DNA of 63,893 nucleotides, filler included, from Licmophora abbreviata (lineage: Eukaryota): NCBI GenBank assembly GCA_900291995.1. It is 11 parts of 11 records of this genome, joined end to end, with 100 filler letters (N's around TTAATTAATTAA, not from the genome) between each part and the next. Parts side by side here need not be neighbours in the genome. Positions count along the whole stretch, not along the records: positions 1 to 3,223 come from OLMU01002936.1; positions 3,324 to 15,035 come from OLMU01002937.1; 9 more parts are not named here. One strand, written 5' to 3'. The notes under the pieces were generated by a model. It saw nothing but the letters and a program-made list of their open reading frames with translations. It did not search any database and was not told the origin of the DNA. The number at the start of each line of letters is the position of its first letter. Position 1 is the first letter of the stretch. Both the position numbers and the translations under genes were made by a program. This document shows positions 1-10,227 of the stretch, piece by piece.

Positions 1-225
1 TTGCTTAATTGGAGTAGGTGGTTGGTGATGAGTGATCTATTGTCTAAGAGACTTTCAACTTGAGGTTGGAAAGGAGAAGTCGGTATGAAGGACGGCGTTG
101 ACGTGTCTAAACGAGCGTGACGTCATGCATCGTCAATCTGCAAATTGAAAATCTTTGATGCGCATCGCATCATGATGTGTCTCTCATGTCGCATCACATC
201 ATCATGCTCCTTGTCAGCCGACGCG

Positions 226-699
226 ATGTTGTTGCTGTTGCCTTTATTCTTGTCGCTGTTTGCGGTGAGTCGAAAGCCCACGACATGGTTCATTGACGGA
301 AATAATCTCATGGGCCATAAGGGCACCCCTCGAGAAAGGGACATGGTCACGGACAAGCTCAAACCGATGGAAGCCGCCGCCGCCGGCCTCAATGTGTTTG
401 TCGTCTTTGATGCCCGACGCGGCGAAGGGCCCGAGACCAAAATCAGCAAGGATGGTCGCTTCTCTACCGTCATAATGGGCGAGGGCCAGTCCGCGGATGA
501 CTTTATACTCAGCGAAATTGACAGGCTTACTATGGACTCAGAGGAAAGATTTGTGCAGGTTGTGACCGCGGATCGTGAACTGCGCCGGCAAGCTTTGGAA
601 GTAAGAAGTGTCGTTCGAGGAGTCATCAATCCTTTGGTGTTCTGGAAACGATACCTGCCGCGGCTGACGGGTGCGAAGAAGGCAAAGACGTGTTGCTAA
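226..699 (+). CDS. YacP/Rae1-like NYN (PIN-fold) domain protein with hydrophobic N-terminal leader
   Basis: Motifs FIDGNNLMG, VFDA, SADDFI, VVTADRELR match the YacP-like NYN pattern. ATG 226 gives MLLLLPLFLSLFA (signal-like); an in-frame ATG at 172 is also possible. Confidence 0.75.
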   Translation: MLLLLPLFLSLFAVSRKPTTWFIDGNNLMGHKGTPRERDMVTDKLKPMEAAAAGLNVFVVFDARRGEGPETKISKDGRFSTVIMGEGQSADDFILSEIDRLTMDSEERFVQVVTADRELRRQALEVRSVVRGVINPLVFWKRYLPRLTGAKKAKTCC

Positions 700-923
700 T
701 TATGAGAAAGTGCGAATGTATAAAGTGTATCATGTATTATTCGAAGAAGTGGCCGCGATTGAAAGGCTGGACGAAGCCAGCTTGAAATACGAAGCCTCTC
801 GCTTGTGAAATTGGGTCTGACTAGCAAGAATACACTACAGGCCTGCTAAACAAAATCATCGCGTAATCTTACATTTAAAAAAGACAGTGCCCATCACTTC
901 TGGACGTCATCAAGCTTTCATTC

Positions 924-3223
924 TCAAACTGCTGCTGGGTCGTCCGCGTCGGTTGATACTGGTTCTATTGACTCATCAATAATTTCCTCAGCTCCTGCGA
1001 AGAGAACTTTGCGACCTTTATCATCTCCAACAGCGATGACTTCAATGTGCTTTCGTTCGGACATGTGCTTACCCTCAATGTAATTTGCACGAGCCAGAGT
1101 GCTGTTTTCCTTGGCGTTGTCTTCTTCTAAATCGCTCTTGATGGAGCGGATCGAAAGCTGATTGTCTTCGCTTTCCGTGTCGCCACCAAAGGAAGACCTG
1201 CCTAATGAAACGAAGGATGGCTTGATCTCTTCGTAAAGATTGTCGCGCTTCTCTTCGCTGCGCGACTCCCAGAGTGCCAAAAACTCTGAGTACGATATTA
1301 GACTGTCCTCTGTAAGGTCAACCTCCTTGATGATTTCGTCGATCTCTTCCTTGGGAAACTCGTTACCAAGCATTTCGGCAAGATTAGAAGCCGAAATGTA
1401 CCCCGAATCGTCAGAGTCCAGTCGATCAAAGGCCTCGGCGAGGCGTTCTTCGCTGATGGCTCCGTGGGCCTCGATGGTGGCGGCGAGAAACTGCAAAAGG
1501 CGGAAGCAGAATGTAAGCCTCGTGTCCTCGACATCAATGCATTATAATGGATACATGTTCACGTACCTCAGTGTAGCGAATCTTGCCTGTTCCATCGAGA
1601 TCCACAGCATCAAACATATCCTCGATTTCATCCTCCGAGTAGCGATACTGTCCCATTGCCTCTTTGAACTCTTCAAAGCTGAGACAACCATCCTTGCGAA
1701 CGTCATACTGCTGGAAAATCTTGCGCAAGATACCGATTTCCTCACTAGTCGACTTGTGCGCAATCACCATCAGGGATAATTTCTTCAACTTGCTGTATCC
1801 CGCAAATGCTTTCAAAGACTTGTTGGATTCTGTCATTTCGTCCATTGTCGGCGCACGCACCGTAGCACCATAGCGTTTGTTCAGCCACAGGTTGCTAAAT
1901 GCTTCGTCGGCTGTCGGACGATCGTCCGGGTCCACCACCATCATGCCCTCGACAAAGGCCTTGGCCTGTTCCGAGATGCGCTTCCAGCGGCGACCACGGA
2001 AATCGAACTGGCACTTCATGATTTGCTCTACAATGTGACGTCGCTTGCGCCCATAGAACGGCATCTGACTGGACAGCAGCATATAGGCGATGACTCCGAT
2101 ACTCCAAATGTCAGCCTTTTGCGTGTACGATCCTTTGAGCACTTCAGGCGCCATGGTGTAAATCTATGGAAGTACCAACGGCATGAGAGAGATTGAACGT
2201 ATTTTCGGCGCCAACGTACGAACCATTCCAAACGTACCGTTCCAACGCCGTCGGTGAGCATCTGTCCACCAATGTACCTTTTGGACAAACCAAAATCAAT
2301 GAGCTTGACCTCGGCGTACGGGCTGTCGTTGACAAAGAGGACATTCTCGTACTTCAAATCTGCACGTGGGTGTATGTGAGCGACAGAGGGGTGCGCCACA
2401 CCTGCATCTAGCACCGATACACACACATGTCCAACTTACCTCGATGTGCAATGCCTTTGGAATGCATAAAGGAAACAGCGCTCAAAATGGAACTTGTAAT
2501 GCGAGCCGCCTCTTCTTCTGTGTACGGATCACGCGAGTACAAGTCCCCGCCTCCACACAGTTCCATGACGATAAAGAGCTGGTTACGATGAAAGAAGGTC
2601 TCAATGGGACGCACAATGTGCGGGTGATCGAGATTCTTGAGAATTTCAATCTCATTCTTGAGCTCTTCAATGAAAGTTTCGTCCTTGACTCGATTCAAGT
2701 GAATACTCTTCATGGCGTATACCATGTTCGCCCGACTGGTTCGCGACGACACGGTGTCTTCGTCCGAGGTGACTCCCGATTGTGTCGAATCCACCGACTC
2801 GAAAGCATTCCTCTTAGAGAGACTGGAATGGTGCGAAGAATCGATGACACTCTGATCCAATGTGCCCTTCATGCAAAACATGAAGATTGGACCAAGCACT
2901 GGAATCGAGAAGCATTCCTTTTCCTTCTTTTGCTTTTTGAATGACTCGACAAGGATCTGGCGAGCAGATCCTCCGACTACTTCGTCTCTCTTTTTAACAG
3001 TCGCCACTGATCCCATACTGCCGACGCCCACGACATTGACGACTTCGTAAAAGAACAACGGGTCGCGGCCTTTCTGCTCTCTCATCAGATGAGACCGGAG
3101 TCCCTCACCAGCATGAAGGCCAACGGAAGACCCCGATCCCGTGGATCGAGTTGATCGCTGAGACTCTGTGACGAGTTCTTCCGAGTCTTCTGGATCGGAA
3201 AATCGTACCGAGCGCCGCTGCGG
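924..3223 (-). CDS. Calcium-dependent protein kinase-like #1 (kinase + 4 EF-hands), 5' end lost in gap
   Basis: Exons 3223-2440, 2359-2238, 2163-1567, 1490-924 with GT-AG introns. Motifs GVGSMG, YAMK, HRDLKYEN, DFG, MAPE. EF loops DVRKDGCLSFEE, DLDGTGKIRYTE, DSDDSGYISASN, DLTEDSLISYSE. Confidence 0.92.
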
Positions 3224-3323
3224 NNNNNNNNNNNNNNNNNNNNNNNNNNNNNNNNNNNNNNNNNNNNTTAATTAATTAANNNNNNNNNNNNNNNNNNNNN
3301 NNNNNNNNNNNNNNNNNNNNNNN
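3224..3323. other. Artificial scaffold linker N44-TTAATTAATTAA-N44
   Basis: 100-bp N run with a six-frame stop core; identical structure at 10 sites. Confidence 0.98.
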
Positions 3324-3695
3324 CCTCTTTCGCTCTCGCAGCTGTGTCGAAAGATTCGTGTTGGGTTCGTCGCGGCGGTCGCATCTCTCGCAGGATTCAA
3401 TGTTCGCTTCTTGTCAGATGACTAGAAACATCAATGAAGCGATATTACATTATGTAAATGCGTCATTACGAAATCCAATAAGTAAATGACACAAATAACC
3501 CGGATTTTGTCTCCAAACTTCCGGCTCGATTTCGGAACATCCGTCATCGCATCACGACACGCATATGCTCTCGCGTTGGGATCGGCATCATCGCTGTGAT
3601 CGGTGATGATGTCGATGTCGCTACTGTTGTTGATCCTGTAGAGACCTGAACATCGTCTCCTGAGATACCGCAACACTACGACTGTGCTCCTCACA

Positions 3696-5768
3696 ATGGG
3701 AAATAAGAATGCAAAGAGCGCCGAGGCGGCAGAAGAGCATCCCTTGGGAGGATCCACTCCGATTCTAGGGCTTCACGACAAGCTGCTGCGACACCAGCAG
3801 AGCGGCCGCGACCCTCAAAAGATCTACGACGTCGTCGAAGTCCTGGGTGTCGGATCGATGGGATCCGTCAGTAAAGTCAAGAAAAAAGAGTCGGTGCTTG
3901 GCGGCTCGGCTCGGAGCTCCTTCGTCGAGAGCTTTCGTCCTGGCAGCAGCGACTGCTTTCGCATCGTACCCTTCTCGTGGTGTTTTGGAAAGCACTCGTC
4001 GCCGCTCACAGCCAAAAAGGGAGCCCTCGTGACGACGCCCGATACTAGCTCCCATGACAGCGTAGCATCGAATCCCAGAAAACTTCTGCGAAAGACGTCG
4101 TCGCTCATCACGTACAATCACAAGGAAACCTACTTTGCTCTCAAATCCATCATTCTGGACAAGACGGGAAGCGCCGAGCTCAAGGAAGAACTGCGCAACG
4201 AAGTTGCTATTTTGAAAACCCTCGATCATCCCAACATTGTCACACCGCTGGAAACCTTTGAATACAAGCGCCAGCTCTGTATCGTCATGGAACTCTGCAG
4301 TGGCGGTGACTTGTATTCGCGGGATCCCTACACGGAGCGGGAAGCCGCGCGCCTCACTAGATCCATACTCAGCGCCCTCAGCTACATGCACATGCGCAAG
4401 ATCTCGCACCGCGACTTAAAGTACGAGAACATCATGTTTGTCTCCAGTGATCCCCTGGCCGATATTAAGATTATCGACTTTGGATTGTCCACCAAGTATG
4501 GTGACAATGAAGTCATGCACGATGCGGTTGGGACCATTTACTCCATGAGCCCTGAGGTGTTGCGCAGCGACTACTCGTACAAGTCGGATGTATGGAGTAC
4601 AGGAGTACTCTTGTTCATGCTCCTGTCGAGTAGCATGCCGTTCTACGGAAGGAGTAAGAAGCATGTCATGCAAAAGATTCTTCGTGGGACGTTTGCTTTC
4701 AAAGGACGCGTCTGGAAGTACATTTCAGAAGAAGCCAAGGATTTTGTGACGGAACTGTTAAAGTACGATCCAGAGGACCGACCAACGGCAGAAGCCGCCC
4801 TGGACTATGTGTGGTTAACAACGCAGAATGACTTGTTGGCACCGGAGGTGGCCAAGATGGACGTCGTCCAGGCGACAGTTGAGAATTACGCGACCTACGG
4901 CACCTTGAAACGACTGGCCTTGATGGTGATTGCCTACCAGTCTACAAACGACGATATCGGCTTTTTACGACGAATGTTTAAAAAGTATGACAAGAATCAG
5001 GATGGTGATATGACGCTAGATGAGTTTCGATCGGTGTTGGCTGAGGATTACGACTACACGGACGAGGATGTGGAACGAATGTTCCGTGCCATGGTAGGGC
5101 CGTGTTACGCATGGATGTTGATGGGTCTAGTTGTGAAACTCACTCACGTCGATCTATGCTTTGCACAGGACTTGGACCGAACGAATTGTATACACTATTC
5201 AGAGGTACGTACCGATTGTGAAGTGCCAGAAGACGCTACCTTGATGTTGGTGACGCTGATACTTTTTGTCTCTCCACTGCCGCTGTCGTTCCAGTTTCTG
5301 GCCGCCACTATCGAAGCTCACGGCTCGTTGGACGAGGAGCGACTCGCCGAGGCGTTTGATAGATTGGACAGTGACGACTCGGGCTATATTACTGTCCAGA
5401 ATTTGGCCGACATGCTTGGTAAGGATGTAAAGAAGTCATACATTGATGCCATCATCGACGAAGCGGACATGACTCGCGACCACCAAGTTTCTTACGAAGA
5501 ATTCCTGGCGCTATGGTCGAATGAGGATGACGAAATCCATAGACAGGAAACCTTGTCGCGCATCACCAGGCGGCGACTAGGACGACAGACAAGCTCGACG
5601 TTATCTCCAGCGTCATCATTTTCAGATCATACAGACATGGATCACTACCTCGAAGTGGAAGAATTGACTGCTAACTACTCCGACTTCAGCGGGGACGAGC
5701 CCGTAAGTGGTACCTTCCTGTTTCAAAAAGAGAAGGCAAAATCCGTTCGCAGCTTTGCAGATATATGA
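3696..5768 (+). CDS. Calcium-dependent protein kinase-like #2, N-myristoylation-type start MGNKNAK
   Basis: Exons 3696-5093, 5169-5204, 5295-5768; introns of 75 and 90 bp are both in-frame and stop-free. GVGSMG, FALK, HRDLKYEN, DFG, MSPE; four EF-hands. Confidence 0.93.
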   Translation: MGNKNAKSAEAAEEHPLGGSTPILGLHDKLLRHQQSGRDPQKIYDVVEVLGVGSMGSVSKVKKKESVLGGSARSSFVESFRPGSSDCFRIVPFSWCFGKHSSPLTAKKGALVTTPDTSSHDSVASNPRKLLRKTSSLITYNHKETYFALKSIILDKTGSAELKEELRNEVAILKTLDHPNIVTPLETFEYKRQLCIVMELCSGGDLYSRDPYTEREAARLTRSILSALSYMHMRKISHRDLKYENIMFVSSDPLADIKIIDFGLSTKYGDNEVMHDAVGTIYSMSPEVLRSDYSYKSDVWSTGVLLFMLLSSSMPFYGRSKKHVMQKILRGTFAFKGRVWKYISEEAKDFVTELLKYDPEDRPTAEAALDYVWLTTQNDLLAPEVAKMDVVQATVENYATYGTLKRLALMVIAYQSTNDDIGFLRRMFKKYDKNQDGDMTLDEFRSVLAEDYDYTDEDVERMFRAMVGPCYAWMLMGLVVKLTHVDLCFAQDLDRTNCIHYSEVRTDCEVPEDATLMLVTLILFVSPLPLSFQFLAATIEAHGSLDEERLAEAFDRLDSDDSGYITVQNLADMLGKDVKKSYIDAIIDEADMTRDHQVSYEEFLALWSNEDDEIHRQETLSRITRRRLGRQTSSTLSPASSFSDHTDMDHYLEVEELTANYSDFSGDEPVSGTFLFQKEKAKSVRSFADI

Positions 5769-5824
5769 GCTAGGGTACCAGTAGTCACTTTTGTATATAT
5801 TAAATTATGTCTCTATCGGTGATA

Positions 5825-6973
5825 CTACATCTTCTCTGTGGTAGTTTTGGGTAGAGCTTTCTCAGCCGGCTTCACTATGGTCTCATCGTTTGCTTCAACG
5901 CTAGTTATCTCTTGTGGTACATTCCCGTGTTCTGGCTCTTCTGCCCGGGCCTCGACTTCTTGTTTGCGCTTCTCCTCTCTTCGTCGCTTGGCTTGTCGAC
6001 TCGAAAATGGCTTGCGGAAGGCTTCGTACAGTCCACGCACTTTCATCGGACCCACTCCCGGACAGGTACAAAGTTCATCCACTGACGCTGCTACCACTGC
6101 CTTCAAGCTTCCAAACTGCGACAACAGCTGAGCCGCATCAGTCTTGTTGACACTCTTGGCGGTCACCAAAACGTCCGCCACTTGATCCGCAAAGTTGGTC
6201 TGCTCTCGTTTCTGAATCGACGATGCATCCTTACCGTCAAGTGCCTTGAACGTTTCCAGGTACCGAGCTGCCTCTTCTTCCGTCCAACTCAATATCAACG
6301 TCATATTGTGCTGTACCGCCAGGCGATTGAGCTGCAAGAGGGTGTTGACGTTGTCTTCCACATCTACCAGCACCAGCAAGATTCGAAGGACAAAATCTGT
6401 CTTTAGCTCCGCTATACGACGATGGATGTAATCCGGGTATAGACTGTGATACTTGCAAGACAGAAAGAGAGCACACCGACTTGTGTGAAGTATGTAATCA
6501 GGGACCATGGTTGCGAATTGAAACGGAACGTTTCGAACGAACTTGAGCAACCCATTGCCGCGTTGCTTGGTCGAAACGTACAAGACATGTGGTTGCTGAA
6601 GGAGCGTGTGGTGATCTCGCGCAGTCGTTAAGCCAGAGGCGTCAGATTGCGCTGCTGTAGCTTCGTCAAACGCTCGTTGCTGCGCCCACGATTCACTGGC
6701 GGCCTCGCTGGATCCAGGTTTTCCATCACCAAGTTTGGACAGCTCACTCCGAAAGTGAGTCGTATCTTCCACTGACGAAAAGGCTTGACTAAAGCTTGCT
6801 GTAGCTCCGATCTCCACTGCCGTTAAGGCCCCTTGTTCCTGTGGCGGTCGTTTCTTGGAAGAGCTGTTGCCTGGGACGACATTGCTATTTCCGCTACTCT
6901 TGTCGACGCTAGCATCAGTTGTGGCCGCAGTCAGTTTCGTTGAGTTCTTAGCGGCTGTGTAAGGATTCTTCAT
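5825..6973 (-). CDS. ERCC1: DNA excision repair protein ERCC1/Rad10
   Basis: KQRGNGLLKFVRNVP, ALFLSCKYHSLYPDYI, LRILLVLVD, SWTEEEAARYLETFK, plus C-terminal HhH2 (VNKTDA...FGSL...CPGVGP). Confidence 0.95.
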   Translation of the reverse strand: MKNPYTAAKNSTKLTAATTDASVDKSSGNSNVVPGNSSSKKRPPQEQGALTAVEIGATASFSQAFSSVEDTTHFRSELSKLGDGKPGSSEAASESWAQQRAFDEATAAQSDASGLTTARDHHTLLQQPHVLYVSTKQRGNGLLKFVRNVPFQFATMVPDYILHTSRCALFLSCKYHSLYPDYIHRRIAELKTDFVLRILLVLVDVEDNVNTLLQLNRLAVQHNMTLILSWTEEEAARYLETFKALDGKDASSIQKREQTNFADQVADVLVTAKSVNKTDAAQLLSQFGSLKAVVAASVDELCTCPGVGPMKVRGLYEAFRKPFSSRQAKRRREEKRKQEVEARAEEPEHGNVPQEITSVEANDETIVKPAEKALPKTTTEKM

Positions 6974-7281
6974 ACCCTCTCGAGCACCACCACTTGCTCT
7001 GTCTCGCCTTGTAACGCGGTTGATGACACTCCTTCGTTCGAATCAAAGTTGCCGCCGGACACCGGTCGCGATGTGCTCTCATGGGCAACACTGATGATGA
7101 GATGTTCGCGGCGCCGCATGGTCTGAATCGACTCGCTCGACTCAATCTTTGCGAGCTATGCGAAGAGCTCATCGGTGTGGCTGTGACCTTTTTTGAAACT
7201 ATTTTGGTGCCAAGAACTCTATGATACGACGAGTGCAATCCAACGTGATCAACATGGAACAATTCTACAAAAAATGGTGTG

Positions 7282-9562
7282 CTAAAGGCCCTCCAGATAT
7301 TGGACTTGCTCCCAGGTAACGGTCTCCTCGACAATGTCGCTCCCTGACATGTAAACGATGGAGATCAAGTCACCTGCGACGTAAATAAGCTCGTCTTCGC
7401 CTTCTGCAAGATGACGAGCCTCATGCTGGCGATTCTGCCTCAATTTCTTGGCTGCAAAGGCATGAGCGGCAACCCTGCCCTCTTCGCTTACGCGCCCTGC
7501 GCTCGGGCTGAGATGACGAGGTACCCGAAGCATCCTGTTGGATCCGGGGCCCGGGCAATGAATGCCACAACCAGGTAAATTGAGATCAGCAATGGAGAAC
7601 GGGTCGGCCGCATTATAGTTGACGGTATACCCAATGTCCTCTAGAGAGGCGATTGTTATGGACGACAAGGGTTGTTCTGCTCCGGAGAGAAACCCCGTCA
7701 TGAGCTCGTGGGAGAGACATGCTTCGTCGAAGTGTCCATTCTTTGTGCCGGCGCCTCCATCTTGTTCCACCGGCAGAGGACCAGAGCAGCCAAGTTGTTC
7801 CCATTCGTACTGTGCATTGGTTACCGTACTGTAGGCAGGGCTATCTTTCACGTGTACAGAGTTCGTCTGCCACACACTGCCAAGGCCAAGAATCTTTGAA
7901 AAGGAGACGAGTAAGATTCAGTTTGATTATTCCTTTCATTGAATACATGAACAAGCGATCACAACATTAAAGAGTACTTACATGGCCCAACTCATGCATG
8001 ATTACCTCCTTGAAAGTATTTCCATTGACCAGTCCTGCAACATCGCTTGCGTCGAATTTCATTACCCCAGTAAGGGCCATTTCGTACTTTTTCCCATTGT
8101 AGGGATTGATTTCTTGCACTCGCCGAAGATACACAGGACCCGCGTATGCCAGGATCCCACCGCTCCCGTCCATAGGTTCGTCTCCACCACACACATAAAT
8201 ATCATCAACCGTTTGTGGTACTTGGTTGCATGTGTATGGATAGTTTTCCAGGGTCGTGGGCGAAAATGTATAGGACTTCACATCTCCGCTAAGAACACTC
8301 TCCCACCTGGCTTGAACCTCAGTGAAGGCTTGTGCGTCCTCCAGAGAAATAGAAGTGGAGACTAAGTCGAGACATATGCTACAAAGAGATATTTAGAAAC
8401 AGAGCAAGTTGAGAACAAACATGCGCAAGCTTGGGACCACTCCGTTTTTGCCGAGATCTCGCCACTTACTTGTAGCGACTCGTGTCATCGAAACCACATG
8501 ATGACGGCAGAGCAAACTCTGCAGAAAGATGAGCGAATCGCAAAACGTTGAGACCCGTCTACATATCAGACTGAACATGAAGTCGAGCTACTTACGTGCA
8601 GGAGGGACTTCGACGGGGTCGGGGCTTGTAGGCGGCGGAACATAAACTTTGGTGTCGTAGACCAACCCGGCATCCATCGTATAGAAGACGTTGTCTGATT
8701 CACCAATTTGAGTCGCTTGCAGGCCAATGAAAGCCCCTTCGGTCACGACCACCTCCTTCTTGAACGATAGAATCTGGTGCATCAGCCCATCTCCGCTCAC
8801 AAGCGCGATAGCATGCTTGCTCTTCAGCGAATTCCAATTCGTGGTGCGGTCATCGTTGAGAAGGTAAGTCGCAAAGTCACCATCCTCGGATGTCCCATGA
8901 CGCTTCCCAAGAGAGCTGTATTCGACATTGATTTCTCCATTCTTGTTAAACACAATAACAGAGAAGTCAAACGGAATCAGACTGCGAGGGAAGGATATCT
9001 CGATGAAATTTGCGCGCTTGTACGACACTTGAGAGAAGAATCCTCGAGTGCCCGAGGTGAAATACTCGGATGTGCTGAGAATACCGGGTGTCCCAACGAT
9101 GCTCGGCACGTATTCTCTGCCTTCATCTTCTGTGTAGAGACAACGTCTCACCTTGCCTACCTTGGTGGACTCTTGGCCGACAGCTGGTCCCTCAGAGGCC
9201 GTCACGGAGTTCTTGAAAGAGAGGAACTGTTCGATCTCGTCTTGAGCATTGACCAATGCGAAAGCGTCGTTGCTGCTAAACTCTTCAAACGCGCCACCAG
9301 CGCTCTCCTCATTGATAACGTACAGGTTCCAGCCGTCAACCATCTTGACCGGAGAGCCCATGCTGTAGGATGTCTCGACCCGGCCCTTCTTGTCGTACAC
9401 ATACAACAAGAACAACGATGCATCGGCGGTGCTTGCGGGGATCACCACCTCAATGAAATCTTCTGAGCTGCATACCTCGGAAATATAGCCAAGACTCAAA
9501 ACAGGTACAAGGTTTCCTAATAAGAGCGATAGAGTTGCAATCAGTCCCAATGGGTGTCTCAT
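7282..9562 (-). CDS. Secreted leishmanolysin-like (M8) zinc metalloprotease #1 with two N-terminal LTD-like repeats
   Basis: Exons 9562-8596, 8518-8470, 8378-7982, 7893-7282. Signal peptide MRHPLGLIATLSLLLG; HELGH|ILGLG zinc motif; PVEQDGGAGT..GHFDE..ELMTGF; LEDIGY. Confidence 0.88.
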
Positions 9563-10227
9563 CTTGTTTCACTGAGTTGGGGATTGTGGAAGGTTTCAGA
9601 TTGTGTCACGATGTATTCACGGTTCACTGTTCACTGTTCACAGAAGGTTTGCACGACAATTGAAGTTCAAACGCGACTGATATTGTCTTGCAGTATCCTC
9701 CGTGGTCCGAGGCATGAGCGATTCACATCTGCGTGATGACTTGAAACTCGTGCGTGATGGGCGCTGATAGCAATGCCCGTCAGCATGCGTCCCGAAACCG
9801 TTAATGCAACAGGTTTCCCAACTTATCATACCCCTCCTCCTGAACACCATATATGACTGTCCTATTTACTGTCATTCGTTGCGCTGTATCAGACTTCCCA
9901 TCGTCGCCGACGGTTTATGACACTCAATGTTGCTTCACGCCGGATCACGAGACGGAACGCGCGGTATCTTTTCGGGGGCTTTCCCGCCAAACTCTTGGAG
10001 GTGCTGTACCTCGGGTATCGCGCGTGCTATCACAGCGCGTTATCGAGTCGCGAGTCGCGACTCACTCATCACTCGGGACTAATGTGCATCGCGAGCTCAG
10101 ATTGGCAACATATGTAGCTCATAACCCACATACTAGTGAATATGTAATACTGAGTTCAAACAATCTTTCGCGGCGAAGAAAGAGATAGCAACAGCAACTC
10201 ATATGGTAGAAGTATATTGACATTCAC

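Noticed and set aside
8777..9466. Numerous antisense ORFs over real genes (e.g. 8777-9466, 30354-31142, 38989-39744)
   Set aside because: No domain signal; typical shadows of coding sequence at ~50% GC.
10052..10063. 12-bp palindromes gagtcgcgactc (and cgtaccggtacg at 29464-29475)
   Set aside because: Several such palindromes are expected by chance in 64 kb, and there is no supporting context.
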